DNA from: Promethearchaeota archaeon
GTDB taxonomy: Archaea; Asgardarchaeota; Lokiarchaeia; Sigyniarchaeales; SOKP01
Assembly: GCA_030606485.1 (NCBI GenBank)
Contig: JAUWGH010000001.1
Span: 600,001-632,000 of the forward strand
Direction: 5' to 3'
DNA: 32,000 nt
Shown here: one piece after another, positions 10,306-19,651 of the stretch
Layout: each line of letters opens with the position of its first letter
Numbering within the stretch: position 1 is the first letter of the stretch
Notes under the pieces: generated by a model
Database searches by the model: none
What the model saw: the letters and a program-made list of their open reading frames with translations, nothing else
What the model was told of the DNA's origin: nothing
Made by a program: the position numbers and the translations under genes

Positions 10306-13300
10306 TTATTCTCTTTTAAACTGAAATTCTATTAATTTAATGTCGCTTTCTTTTAAATTAATATTACAATATGGACAATTTAGTTCAATTTTATCCTTTA
10401 ATTTTGAAATTACTTTATCTTTTAAAGAAGCAGAACAATCTTTATTTGGACAAATATTTAATGTTCCAATTACTTTATCTTTTTCTTTTGTTAAATCACC
10501 TAAACAGATTTCAAGATTTTTAGCAGTAGTCTTATCTGAAATAGTATCTTTATTTTTTTCAATATATTCTTTTAAAAATTGAGTGTTTGTTCCAATCGCT
10601 AATGATATTTCTTCTCCAACTTTAAAGTTATTTTTTTTCCGAGAAAATTGAATATTTCTTATTAAATCATTTACCACGCGCTCAGCTAAAAGTTCTTCGT
10701 CAAGACTTATATCTAAATAAATATTACATAGTTTTGATTCTGCCTTAAGAAAATTTTTTATTGGTTTAACAGATTTTACGATCTCTAATTCTTTAACATT
10801 CCCCATTTGTTTTATTATGTATGCAAATTTAATCTCCGGCATTCCATCTTTGGATTCAATTATTAATTTCCTATTTGGCCATCTTAACCTAATTTTATTT
10901 TCATCTTTTAAAGAACGAACAATTTCTATCAGATCTCTCGTAAATTGCATTTGTTCTTCTAATTCCAAATCAATGTCTTCTTCATTAACTTTCGGCCAAT
11001 CTTGTAAATGAATGCTTTTAGTTTCCCTTAAACCCATCGATTTTAGATATGGATTAAACATTTTTAGGAAAATTTCTTCGCTCAGCATTGGATTAATGGG
11101 TGCTAATAATAAAAGAATTTTATATAGTACTCCAAATAATACAGCCATTATTTGAAATTTATTTGGATCCTCTGAATATAATTCTATCTTCTCTCGGTTT
11201 AACATTATATACCATCGGCTAATATCATTAACAATTAAATCTCTTAATTGCTGAGTAATCCAAGGAAGTTTATATTTATCCGATAGTTTTGTAATTTTTT
11301 TAATTATGGAATTTACTCTTGAAAGTAGCCATTTATCTAATTGACTTAATTTTTCTGGTTCAATTTTTACTTTTGAAGGATCAAATTTAGCTAAAGTAAA
11401 TTTTTCATTTGCATATACATAGACGTTCCAGATTGTATTAATGACCTTGTAGGTATCTGTATATTCTTTTATACTAAAATTTAAATCACGACCAGGTTGA
11501 GTCGCACCAATTGAATAAAAACGAAAAGTTTCAATTCCCTTAATATTTGAATATTTTTTATTGGTTTTTATTTCTTTTAAAGTTCCATTAATAAGATCTT
11601 CAGGTCCGAAAAAAGTTCCGCGTGATTTACTTAATTTTTGGTTATCCTTTAATACCCAACCGTGCATATAACAAGCATTATAATTTTTACGTTTAGATGA
11701 AACCATTGCACTACTTAAAAGACTATTGAACCATCCTCTAATCTGGTCCTTTCCTTCTATAATAAAATTTGCTGGAACCCATGTATCATAATGGCTTTTT
11801 CCATCATAAACTTCTTGAGCTGCCCACATTACAGAGCCAGAATCTAACCAAACATCTAAAATATCAGGTATTCTCTTTTTTGTTCCTATTTTGCATTTTT
11901 TACATTTCCATGTAACTTCATCGATCCAAGGACGATGTAAATCTTCTGGACATTCTCCGGCAATCTCTTTCAATTCTTTTCCCGAACCAATTACAGTAAT
12001 CTCACTACAATCTTCGTTATCACATATCCAGATGCTCAAAGGGACTCCCCAGAATCTTTGCCTTGAAATACACCAATCTTTTAAAGAGTCTAACCAACTT
12101 TTAAACCATCTTTTTCCTGCCCAATCAGGAACCCAGTAAATTTCAGCATTTTTTTCTAACATTTCAGAAATAAGAGTTTCAGTTTTAAAAAACCATTGAT
12201 CAGTTGCCCTATATACTAATTTCGAATCGCATCGCCAACAATGTGCATATTCATGCTCTATTTCATTCGTTGTTAAAAGTGTTCCTTTCTTCTTCAATAA
12301 GTCTAATATTTCTTGATTTGCATCAAAAACAAATTGTCCTTCAAATTTTCCCGCTTCTTTTGTATATATCCCTCTAATATCAACAGGAGTAAAAACAGGT
12401 ATATTATTAGCCACACACACCTCAAAATCTTCTGGTCCATGTCCCGGAGCAGAATGTACCAATCCAACTCCTTCTGATGCAGAAACGTATTCATCTGATA
12501 AAATAATCGAATGAACTGTATCACTTTCCTTGGCTAATTCATCTTGATAGGGAACCTCTTCTAAAAGGGGGTGGATATATTTCATGCCTTCAAGGTCTTC
12601 ACCTTTATACTCCTCCACAATCTTGAATTTGTATCCCAATTCTCCAGTTATAACAAAAGTGGATGAGCTTTTTGATAAAATCCAATATTCATTTAATTCT
12701 TCAATTTTAACTTTTACGTATTCAGCAAATGGATTTGCCATAATTGCTTCATTAGCAACTAAAGTCCAAGGGGTTGTTGTCCAAATAATAAAATAGGTAT
12801 TTTCCATATCAGCAGATTTGAGTTTTAAGAATAAACTTACATCCTTAATATTTTTATAATCGAATTCATGTTTAGCTAAGGCGGTTGCACATCTCGGGCA
12901 ACAATTTAGGGGCCTATAAAATCTATATAGAAAGTTATTTTCCCATGCTTTTTTTAGTGTCCACCATATACCTTCGAGATAACTATTTTTAAAAGTGATA
13001 TAAGGATTATCCCAATCCCAAAAATAACATCCTAATCGCTTAAATTGTTCATTCATAATTACAAGATTGTCTTCAGCAAATTTCTTACAATTTTTAATAA
13101 ATTTATCTACTCCATATTCGAGAATCTCTTGCTTATTTTTAATTCCTAATTGTTTTTCCATTTGAACCTCAATTGGTAATCCATGAGTATCGTAACCGGG
13201 AGTATCCGTTACTTTAAACCCTCTCATTCGTTTATATCTAATTAAATAATCTTTCAGTATCTTATTCCAAGCGGTTCCAAGATGAATTGACCCAGTAGTG

Positions 13301-13443
13301 TAGGGAGGTCCATCAATAAATCTCCAAGTTTCTCTACCTTCTTCTTTTTTTCTTATTAAGGAATATATATTCTCCTTTTTCCAATAGTCCAGTATTTTTT
13401 CTTCTAATTTAAGTAAATCTAACTTTTTATCCAAAGTTTCCAT
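10306..13443 (-). CDS. ileS: Isoleucine--tRNA ligase (archaeal/eukaryote type)
   Basis: DGPPYTTGSIHLGTAWNK (HIGH), GYDTHGLPIE, WTTTPWTL, GLVHSAPGHGPEDF, DWCISRQRFWG, EGKDQIRGWF and KLSKS (KMSKS equivalent). Confidence 0.95.
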   Translation of the reverse strand: METLDKKLDLLKLEEKILDYWKKENIYSLIRKKEEGRETWRFIDGPPYTTGSIHLGTAWNKILKDYLIRYKRMRGFKVTDTPGYDTHGLPIEVQMEKQLGIKNKQEILEYGVDKFIKNCKKFAEDNLVIMNEQFKRLGCYFWDWDNPYITFKNSYLEGIWWTLKKAWENNFLYRFYRPLNCCPRCATALAKHEFDYKNIKDVSLFLKLKSADMENTYFIIWTTTPWTLVANEAIMANPFAEYVKVKIEELNEYWILSKSSSTFVITGELGYKFKIVEEYKGEDLEGMKYIHPLLEEVPYQDELAKESDTVHSIILSDEYVSASEGVGLVHSAPGHGPEDFEVCVANNIPVFTPVDIRGIYTKEAGKFEGQFVFDANQEILDLLKKKGTLLTTNEIEHEYAHCWRCDSKLVYRATDQWFFKTETLISEMLEKNAEIYWVPDWAGKRWFKSWLDSLKDWCISRQRFWGVPLSIWICDNEDCSEITVIGSGKELKEIAGECPEDLHRPWIDEVTWKCKKCKIGTKKRIPDILDVWLDSGSVMWAAQEVYDGKSHYDTWVPANFIIEGKDQIRGWFNSLLSSAMVSSKRKNYNACYMHGWVLKDNQKLSKSRGTFFGPEDLINGTLKEIKTNKKYSNIKGIETFRFYSIGATQPGRDLNFSIKEYTDTYKVINTIWNVYVYANEKFTLAKFDPSKVKIEPEKLSQLDKWLLSRVNSIIKKITKLSDKYKLPWITQQLRDLIVNDISRWYIMLNREKIELYSEDPNKFQIMAVLFGVLYKILLLLAPINPMLSEEIFLKMFNPYLKSMGLRETKSIHLQDWPKVNEEDIDLELEEQMQFTRDLIEIVRSLKDENKIRLRWPNRKLIIESKDGMPEIKFAYIIKQMGNVKELEIVKSVKPIKNFLKAESKLCNIYLDISLDEELLAERVVNDLIRNIQFSRKKNNFKVGEEISLAIGTNTQFLKEYIEKNKDTISDKTTAKNLEICLGDLTKEKDKVIGTLNICPNKDCSASLKDKVISKLKDKIELNCPYCNINLKESDIKLIEFQFKRE

Positions 13444-13687
13444 GAAGATTATCTACATCTTTATGTTAATTGTTTATTATAAGAGAATTAGATTAAAAAA
13501 TTTAATCAAATCTTATAAAAAGATTAGATTTGAATTATAAAATTCAACATTTTCATTTTACGGCATCAAATTTACAATATATTATATGGATTAAAAAATT
13601 TCTATGAATAAAAAAACCTTTATTAGAATTGTAAAAGAGATTTTTGGATAAAAATAAAAAAAAAATAAGAGAAAATATTAAAAAGTT

Positions 13688-14386
13688 TTATACTTCTTCT
13701 GGTTTATGAATATCATCTACTTCTACAGTAATTCTTGATAATAATCTATCCAATTTTTCCTCAATTTTGTTTATACCAGGAACCGTAGTTAAATGAATTG
13801 TTTTACCTTTATGTGGGTGTAATGTTAAAGTACCGGTTCTTAGTAATAAATATTCAAAAACATCAGGAATTGTCTTTTCAAAAGTTAAATTCGAAGTTGG
13901 AATCCTTTCTGCTTTACCCATAAATCCATTTTTGTGGTATATTTCATTTCTTTCAATTTTATAATAATCTATTCTTCTTGATAACCATACAATTCCCAAG
14001 ACTCCGAATAAAATTATTGTAGTTGCCAAATAAAAATTGTCAGTAAGTCCAATATTAAATTCAGGAATATCACCAAGACTAACTCCTCCGAATACTCCTG
14101 TTTGCCACAAAATAAAAATTATCAATATTACAACGACAATTGCTGCCAATAATAGGAAAAATTTCGTACTCTGAAAATCAAAAGCCATTACAAATATATT
14201 AAATGCAAAAATTATTAACCAGAACCATGATAAAATTGATTGTGAATCTATAAAAATTGTCCCTCCCATGACTTTGAGGATTATTGTAATGATCCATAAT
14301 GCAAAAGAAGATAATAGAGTAGGCCACAAAAAAATTACCTTGGGATAAGTCCTTAAATATATTTCATGCACTGGTTCTTCCGCCAT
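13688..14386 (-). CDS. Hypothetical membrane protein, about four TM segments plus a possible bacterial PH-like (bPH_2-like) C-terminal domain
   Basis: Hydrophobic runs in the N-terminal ~135 aa. Soluble tail RIPTSNL...EYLLLRTGTLTL...IHLTTVP resembles the bPH_2 pattern. Confidence 0.6.
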   Translation of the reverse strand: MAEEPVHEIYLRTYPKVIFLWPTLLSSFALWIITIILKVMGGTIFIDSQSILSWFWLIIFAFNIFVMAFDFQSTKFFLLLAAIVVVILIIFILWQTGVFGGVSLGDIPEFNIGLTDNFYLATTIILFGVLGIVWLSRRIDYYKIERNEIYHKNGFMGKAERIPTSNLTFEKTIPDVFEYLLLRTGTLTLHPHKGKTIHLTTVPGINKIEEKLDRLLSRITVEVDDIHKPEEV

Positions 14387-14395
14387 AGTTATTTA

Positions 14396-14401
14396 TCACC
14401 T
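14396..14401 (-). promoter_or_regulatory. Shine-Dalgarno-like AGGTGA upstream of the membrane protein gene
   Basis: Reverse strand reads AGGTGA, then 9 nt, then the ATG at 14386. Confidence 0.55.
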
Positions 14402-14650
14402 AATTTTTATATTATTAATTTATTGTAGATTTTATTTACTAATAAATCAAATTAATTTATATTTATATATATAGAACATAATAAAATCATATTAACATTA
14501 TCATAGGATTAGGTTTAAAATTTCTTATCATTTCTGGACTAATTAGGTATTTTATATTTAATCTTAAATTAGAACAAAAATTTTTAATTTATTATTCAAA
14601 TTAAGTGAATATTAAATATAGAATAGAATTTGTATTCTTACTGATTAAAG

Positions 14651-15400
14651 ATGTTTAATATCGGAAATATATATACAAAAAAAGGATATAAAATTATTGA
14701 TAACGTTTATTATTTTAAAGAAACACCTACATTAGATGCCAATAATTATATTATTTCTAATAAAGATAAGACAGATTTAACGTTAATAGATACTGGAAAC
14801 GGCATTTCATTTAAAAGTTTAATAGAAGAGATGGAAAAATTAAATCTATCATATAAAAACATTAAAAAAGTGATTCTAACACATATTCACGTTGATCATC
14901 TATTAGGTATCTATCCATTATTGTTAAAAATGAATAGTAATCCTCCCAAAATTTATGCTTTTGGGCATGCAGCAAGAACTATTAAAAATGCAGATATTTC
15001 AGCAATATTTCCGGGGAGTTTGGGACTCGGACCACAAACATTTAAAGTTAAGATAATTCCCATAGAAGTTAATGAACTTACAAATAATCAAGAAATATCC
15101 TGTGCAGAATATAAGTTTCGGATTATACATACTCCTGGACACAGTGAAGGATCAATTTGTTTATATGACCAAAAAAATAAGATTTTAATAAGCGGAGATG
15201 TAGTGTTTTCGGGTGGTGCATTTGGAAGATTTGATTTTCCTGGAGGGTCTTTAAAAAAATTGAAAAATTCTATTAAAATTTTAAGCCAATTAGACGTAAA
15301 ATATTTATTACCGGGGCATATGAGTTACAGTGCTAATGGAAATAAAGAAATCAAATTAGCTTTAAGAATAATTGAAAGTACAGCAAATTACTTTTTTTGA
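14651..15400 (+). CDS. MBL-fold metallo-hydrolase (glyoxalase II-like)
   Basis: LIDTG, THIHVDH, HTPGHS, ISGDVVF and LPGH metal-binding motifs. Confidence 0.9.
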   Translation: MFNIGNIYTKKGYKIIDNVYYFKETPTLDANNYIISNKDKTDLTLIDTGNGISFKSLIEEMEKLNLSYKNIKKVILTHIHVDHLLGIYPLLLKMNSNPPKIYAFGHAARTIKNADISAIFPGSLGLGPQTFKVKIIPIEVNELTNNQEISCAEYKFRIIHTPGHSEGSICLYDQKNKILISGDVVFSGGAFGRFDFPGGSLKKLKNSIKILSQLDVKYLLPGHMSYSANGNKEIKLALRIIESTANYFF

Positions 15401-15452
15401 TTATTTATTATGACTCAAAAAGGTAAATAAATTAAATATTTAGTGATTGTAA

Positions 15453-15848
15453 ATGGCAATAAAAAAGAATTCTAAAGAAATTATAAATCGTATTGAAAAA
15501 CTCAATTTTGAGTTTAAAATCTGGTTTAAATTTAATAATCAAAATATTTTGGGGGATGGTTGGTCAAAATTACTTCAAACTATTAAAGAAAATAAAGGAA
15601 AATCTTTATTAAAAGCATCAGAAATTTGTAATTATAGTTATAAATATGCTTGGAGTATTTTAAAAAGGATTGAGGTAAGAACAGGAATACCGGCAGTCTC
15701 TATTGGAAGAGGTGGTCATGGAGGTGGTGGTTGGGTTAAATTAAATCAATGGGGCGAGATTTTATTAAATTTGTTCATTGAATTTAAAAAATTTTCAGAA
15801 ATTCAACTTCAGAATTATTTTATTGAATTAAAAAAGGTCAATAATTAA
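15453..15848 (+). CDS. ModE-like winged-helix regulator (DNA-binding domain only)
   Basis: FKIWF...ILGDGWSKLLQTI...SLLKASEICNYSYKYAWSILKRIE...GRGGHGGGGWVKL pattern. No molybdate-binding TOBE/mop domains. Confidence 0.8.
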   Translation: MAIKKNSKEIINRIEKLNFEFKIWFKFNNQNILGDGWSKLLQTIKENKGKSLLKASEICNYSYKYAWSILKRIEVRTGIPAVSIGRGGHGGGGWVKLNQWGEILLNLFIEFKKFSEIQLQNYFIELKKVNN

Positions 15849-16013
15849 ATTTTAATCTAATGATAATATCTATTTTAGAAAAAGAATTAATCAAAATAAA
15901 GATTAAAAAACAAAATTTTAGATAATAAATTATAAGAAAATATATATAAACAAATTAATAATTAAAAAAAATATACTTTAATCAAAAATATTGAAATAAT
16001 TAGGAAAAATATC

Positions 16014-17576
16014 ATGGAAATACCCGTAAATGTTCCAATTATTATTGATATTGGTGAAGCATATGTAAAAATAGGATTTGCTGGAGATCAAATTCCTAGA
16101 ATTGTATTTCCATGTATGACTGGCACTGAAAAATATAGATCAATTATGGTAGATATAGGAGAAGCCAGGGATAAAATGATTTATGTCGGAGAGGACTGCA
16201 TGAAGATGAGAGGTGTTTTAAAAATCACCTATCCAATTTCAAGAGGAAATATTACTCAGTGGGAAAGCTTTTATGAAATTTTAAATCATATTTTCTATAA
16301 TTTGCTAAGAATAAATCCGTCTGAATATGAAGTATTATATTCCGAACCAATAAATATCCCTAAAGAAACAAAAGAATATATAGCAAGAGTACTTTTTGAG
16401 ACACATCGCGTTAAAAAATTAATGATGATCCCCTCTCCATTATTATCTTTATTTTCTGTCGGATTAACTACAGGTTTAGTTATTGAATGTGGAGAAGGTT
16501 TAACTAATATAGTTCCCATAATAGATGGAAAGATTTTTTATCCGGCTGTCCAGATATTAACACTAGCTGGAGCTGATGTAAGTCTTCATTTAAAATCATT
16601 ATTACTAAGGCAAGGAATCAATTTAGAATTTTCTGCTCAAAAAGTAATTTTAAGAGAAATTATTGAGAAATTTTGTTATATTGCCTTAGATCCTTCCTCT
16701 ATCAATGAAAAAGTAAAAACAGAAAAACAAAGTTATGTTCTACCTGATGGAGAAGCAATCAATATTTATAATGAGTCTATGTATCTTTCTCCTGAAATTT
16801 TATTTCAACCTTCAATTTTGGGTTATAATATCCAAAGTATTCCAGAAGCTGTTATAAATTGCCTTGGAAATATAAATAGTGAATATTGGGCATTATTATT
16901 AAAGAATATTGTCGTATCAGGTGGCAACTCTTTCTATAATGGTTTTATTGAAAGATTAAAAGCAGAATTAATTACAATTTTACCAAATTTAGGTCCAATT
17001 CCAGCAATTCCAGAAACTCCACAAATTCAAGAAGAAAAATCATTAATTTCTCAAGAGGGAACATCTATCCTTCAAGATACGTGTGAGAAATGTGGAAATT
17101 TAGTTGATTTAAGCTCAGGAATTAAAATTTGCCCATATTGTGGTAATACTATGAAAACACCAACGATTGATATTCCTATAAAAACAGGTATAGAATTGAG
17201 TGAAAAAAAACTACAAAAAATAAAAGGGAAATGTCCTCATTGTAAAAAAGATTTACCTTCAGATTCAGAACATTTATTTTGTCCGTTTTGTGGTCAAAAA
17301 ATACAAGATTTAGAAGGTCAAGATATAAAAGAAGGTCAAGAAGTACATATCAAAGAATATACTGAACCGATAGTAGCAATACCTACTTATTATGAAGATG
17401 TCTCTGAATTATTTAATTTTTTTATTCCCGAGAACAAACAATTTGCAATCTTTTTGGGAGGCTCCATACTAAGTTCATTGCCTTCTTTTAGAAAATTATT
17501 TATTAACTCGAATCAATTTGCTTCAAATCCAAATCTATTATATCATGATATATCAGAAATTTTCAAAATTGAATGA
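16014..17576 (+). CDS. Actin-related protein with an internal double zinc-ribbon insertion
   Basis: Colinear with actin: IDIGEAYVKIGFAGDQIPRIVFP, YVGED...RGVLKITYPI, EPINIPKETKE, IECGEGLTNIVPI, AGADVS, YVLPDG, PEILFQPSILG, NIVVSGGNS, FLGGSILSSL. Four CxxC pairs lie between the last two motifs. Confidence 0.92.
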   Translation: MEIPVNVPIIIDIGEAYVKIGFAGDQIPRIVFPCMTGTEKYRSIMVDIGEARDKMIYVGEDCMKMRGVLKITYPISRGNITQWESFYEILNHIFYNLLRINPSEYEVLYSEPINIPKETKEYIARVLFETHRVKKLMMIPSPLLSLFSVGLTTGLVIECGEGLTNIVPIIDGKIFYPAVQILTLAGADVSLHLKSLLLRQGINLEFSAQKVILREIIEKFCYIALDPSSINEKVKTEKQSYVLPDGEAINIYNESMYLSPEILFQPSILGYNIQSIPEAVINCLGNINSEYWALLLKNIVVSGGNSFYNGFIERLKAELITILPNLGPIPAIPETPQIQEEKSLISQEGTSILQDTCEKCGNLVDLSSGIKICPYCGNTMKTPTIDIPIKTGIELSEKKLQKIKGKCPHCKKDLPSDSEHLFCPFCGQKIQDLEGQDIKEGQEVHIKEYTEPIVAIPTYYEDVSELFNFFIPENKQFAIFLGGSILSSLPSFRKLFINSNQFASNPNLLYHDISEIFKIE

Positions 17577-17674
17577 ATAATTACTAATTCATTATCTTTT
17601 CTCACTTCTACTTAATTTGCTCATTATTCGATTCGATACTTTTATTTATTTTCAAATATTTTTAAAATAATAAA

Positions 17675-18841
17675 TTGGATCTAAAAAGAGAACCCACATT
17701 AAGAGTGACTTTAAAAATTAGATGGAATAAAATTTTTATTATACTATTTTTATTGAGTTTGATTTCAGTTTCATTGGGAGCACTATTTTCCCCAGTAACT
17801 GCAAGATCAAGAAGAACCCATTTAACTGATTTTATTCTCAATAATAGAATTGAAAATAAAGGCTATTCAAATTCAATTTTAGAAGAACATTACGTTTCCG
17901 AACAATCAACCTACTATGCTTTAAAAATGCTTGAAGATTTAGATTTACTTGAAACTCAAGAAGATTTAGATATTTTGGCAACAACACTTGCTCAGAATGT
18001 TCAAACCGAACTTGATGAGTATGATGATAATTCTCTAATAACCCTATATTATCTACTCCATTCATTAAGTGTTTTAGATAGCTTAGATGAAATAAGCACT
18101 GATAATAAAAATGAAATTATCAATTGGATTAATCTCTCAATAGATGAAAATGGTGGTTTTAAAAATTTTAATAGTTCCTTACCAACCGTATTTAATACAT
18201 ATTTTTCGGTTAAAGTTTTGTATCTATTAAGTTCAGAAAATATTTTCGACAGTCAGAACCATACGGAATGGATAATTAGTTGTAATAATTCCGATGGTGG
18301 TTTCGGCGGAAATTCAACATTAAATTCATCAATAATTAGTACATATTATGCAGTTTTGGGAGTTAATAACCTTACAGATATTAGTGATCTATCATTGCAA
18401 AACGAATCAATTATTCAATACATAATGGAATCTTATAATTCCGATATTGCCGATTCTCTAAATTACGGTGGGTTTTCTCAAACAGACTCTCCTACTAAAA
18501 GTTTAATTAGTACAACATTTTATTGTGTCTCTACCGTAAATTTATTAGATTCTAATCAGCTGGATTCTGAAACAATCCTTCAGTGGATTTTAGAATCTCA
18601 GAATCCAATCGATGGTGGCTTTTCAGAATCAAAATCAGATGGTTCTACATCATATTCTTCCATGATAACAACTTATTATGCTTTTAATATTATAAAATAT
18701 CTTGATCCTGATTTCTTTTCATTAAATGAAGATGTGTGGGATGTAGAATTTAATTGGGTAATATTAATAATACTTATCTTAATTATAATAGCAGCGCCAA
18801 CTATTGTTATTTTCATTATTTGGCGGAAAAGAAAAGTATAA
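17675..18841 (+). CDS. Predicted type I membrane protein with extracellular prenyltransferase/squalene-cyclase-like repeats
   Basis: Signal-like N-terminus (IFIILFLLSLISVSLGALFSPVTA). Four GGF repeats (ENGGF, DGGFGG, YGGFSQ, DGGFSE), each followed by a (S)TYY/TYF-type helix. C-terminal TM helix and RKRKV tail. Start uncertain (TTG 17675 or a nearby downstream GTG). Confidence 0.75.
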   Translation: MDLKREPTLRVTLKIRWNKIFIILFLLSLISVSLGALFSPVTARSRRTHLTDFILNNRIENKGYSNSILEEHYVSEQSTYYALKMLEDLDLLETQEDLDILATTLAQNVQTELDEYDDNSLITLYYLLHSLSVLDSLDEISTDNKNEIINWINLSIDENGGFKNFNSSLPTVFNTYFSVKVLYLLSSENIFDSQNHTEWIISCNNSDGGFGGNSTLNSSIISTYYAVLGVNNLTDISDLSLQNESIIQYIMESYNSDIADSLNYGGFSQTDSPTKSLISTTFYCVSTVNLLDSNQLDSETILQWILESQNPIDGGFSESKSDGSTSYSSMITTYYAFNIIKYLDPDFFSLNEDVWDVEFNWVILIILILIIIAAPTIVIFIIWRKRKV

Positions 18842-19606
18842 TTACAGTTTTTTTCGATTTACTATCTCCTTAATAGCAAAAGTGGCTACATCTTCAGCAT
18901 ATTTGTTGGGTCCAAATCCTGCATCATATCCTAATTCTTTTGCTAGTTCATGAGTTATTCTAGGACCTCCACAAACCAGAATAACCTTATCTCTTAACCC
19001 TTCACCTTCTAAAAGATCTACAAGCTGTGTTAAATTTTTTAAATGAATATCTTTTTGAGTAACAGTCTGAGATACAAGTAATACATCAGCTTTCAACTCT
19101 AAAGCTCTTTTAATAAACTCTTCATTTGGTACTTGACTACCCATATTATAAGCTTCTACCATTTCATAGCTTTCAAGCCCGTAATGACCTTTATATCCTT
19201 TCCTATTTATTATAGCATCTATGCCTACGGTGTGTGCATCTGTTCCAGTTGTTGCTCCAAGTATTATAATTTTTCGTTCAATATTTTCTTTTATATATTC
19301 ATTTATTTGCTCTCTAGCCATAATTTCTTTATCTATTGCATCTAAATGAATTTCCGTATAATCTATAGTTTGATTTAATCTTCCATAAACAACAAAATAG
19401 GTAAATCCTTTATCTAGAGGACAATGATATACAACAGAGGGATTTTTTACCCCCATTTTTCTAGTCAATATTTTTGCAGCCACTATAGCTTTTTCATCGT
19501 CTTCTACTGGAAGTGTAAAACTAATTTGCACTTTTCCGTCATTAAAAGTATCTCCATATGGCTTAATTTTTGTCAAATCAAGGGTTTTATCAAATTTATT
19601 ATTCAT
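18842..19606 (-). CDS. kamE: D-lysine/beta-lysine 5,6-aminomutase beta subunit (B12-binding)
   Basis: IKPYGDTFNDGKVQISFTLP, DAHTVGIDAI (DxHxxG), KGYKGHYGLE (PLP lysine region) and LLVSQTVTQKDIH. Confidence 0.95.
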   Translation of the reverse strand: MNNKFDKTLDLTKIKPYGDTFNDGKVQISFTLPVEDDEKAIVAAKILTRKMGVKNPSVVYHCPLDKGFTYFVVYGRLNQTIDYTEIHLDAIDKEIMAREQINEYIKENIERKIIILGATTGTDAHTVGIDAIINRKGYKGHYGLESYEMVEAYNMGSQVPNEEFIKRALELKADVLLVSQTVTQKDIHLKNLTQLVDLLEGEGLRDKVILVCGGPRITHELAKELGYDAGFGPNKYAEDVATFAIKEIVNRKKL

Positions 19607-19613
19607 ATTTCTT

Positions 19614-19619
19614 CTCCTT
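19614..19619 (-). promoter_or_regulatory. Shine-Dalgarno AAGGAG upstream of kamE
   Basis: Reverse strand reads AAGGAG, then 7 nt, then the ATG at 19606. Confidence 0.6.
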
Positions 19620-19651
19620 AATATTATTTAATTAGTAAATAACAAATAATT

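Noticed and set aside
17311-17343. Short direct repeat AGAAGGTCAAGA twice in the actin insert (EGQD/EGQE)
   Set aside because: Only two copies in a low-complexity linker; not an array.
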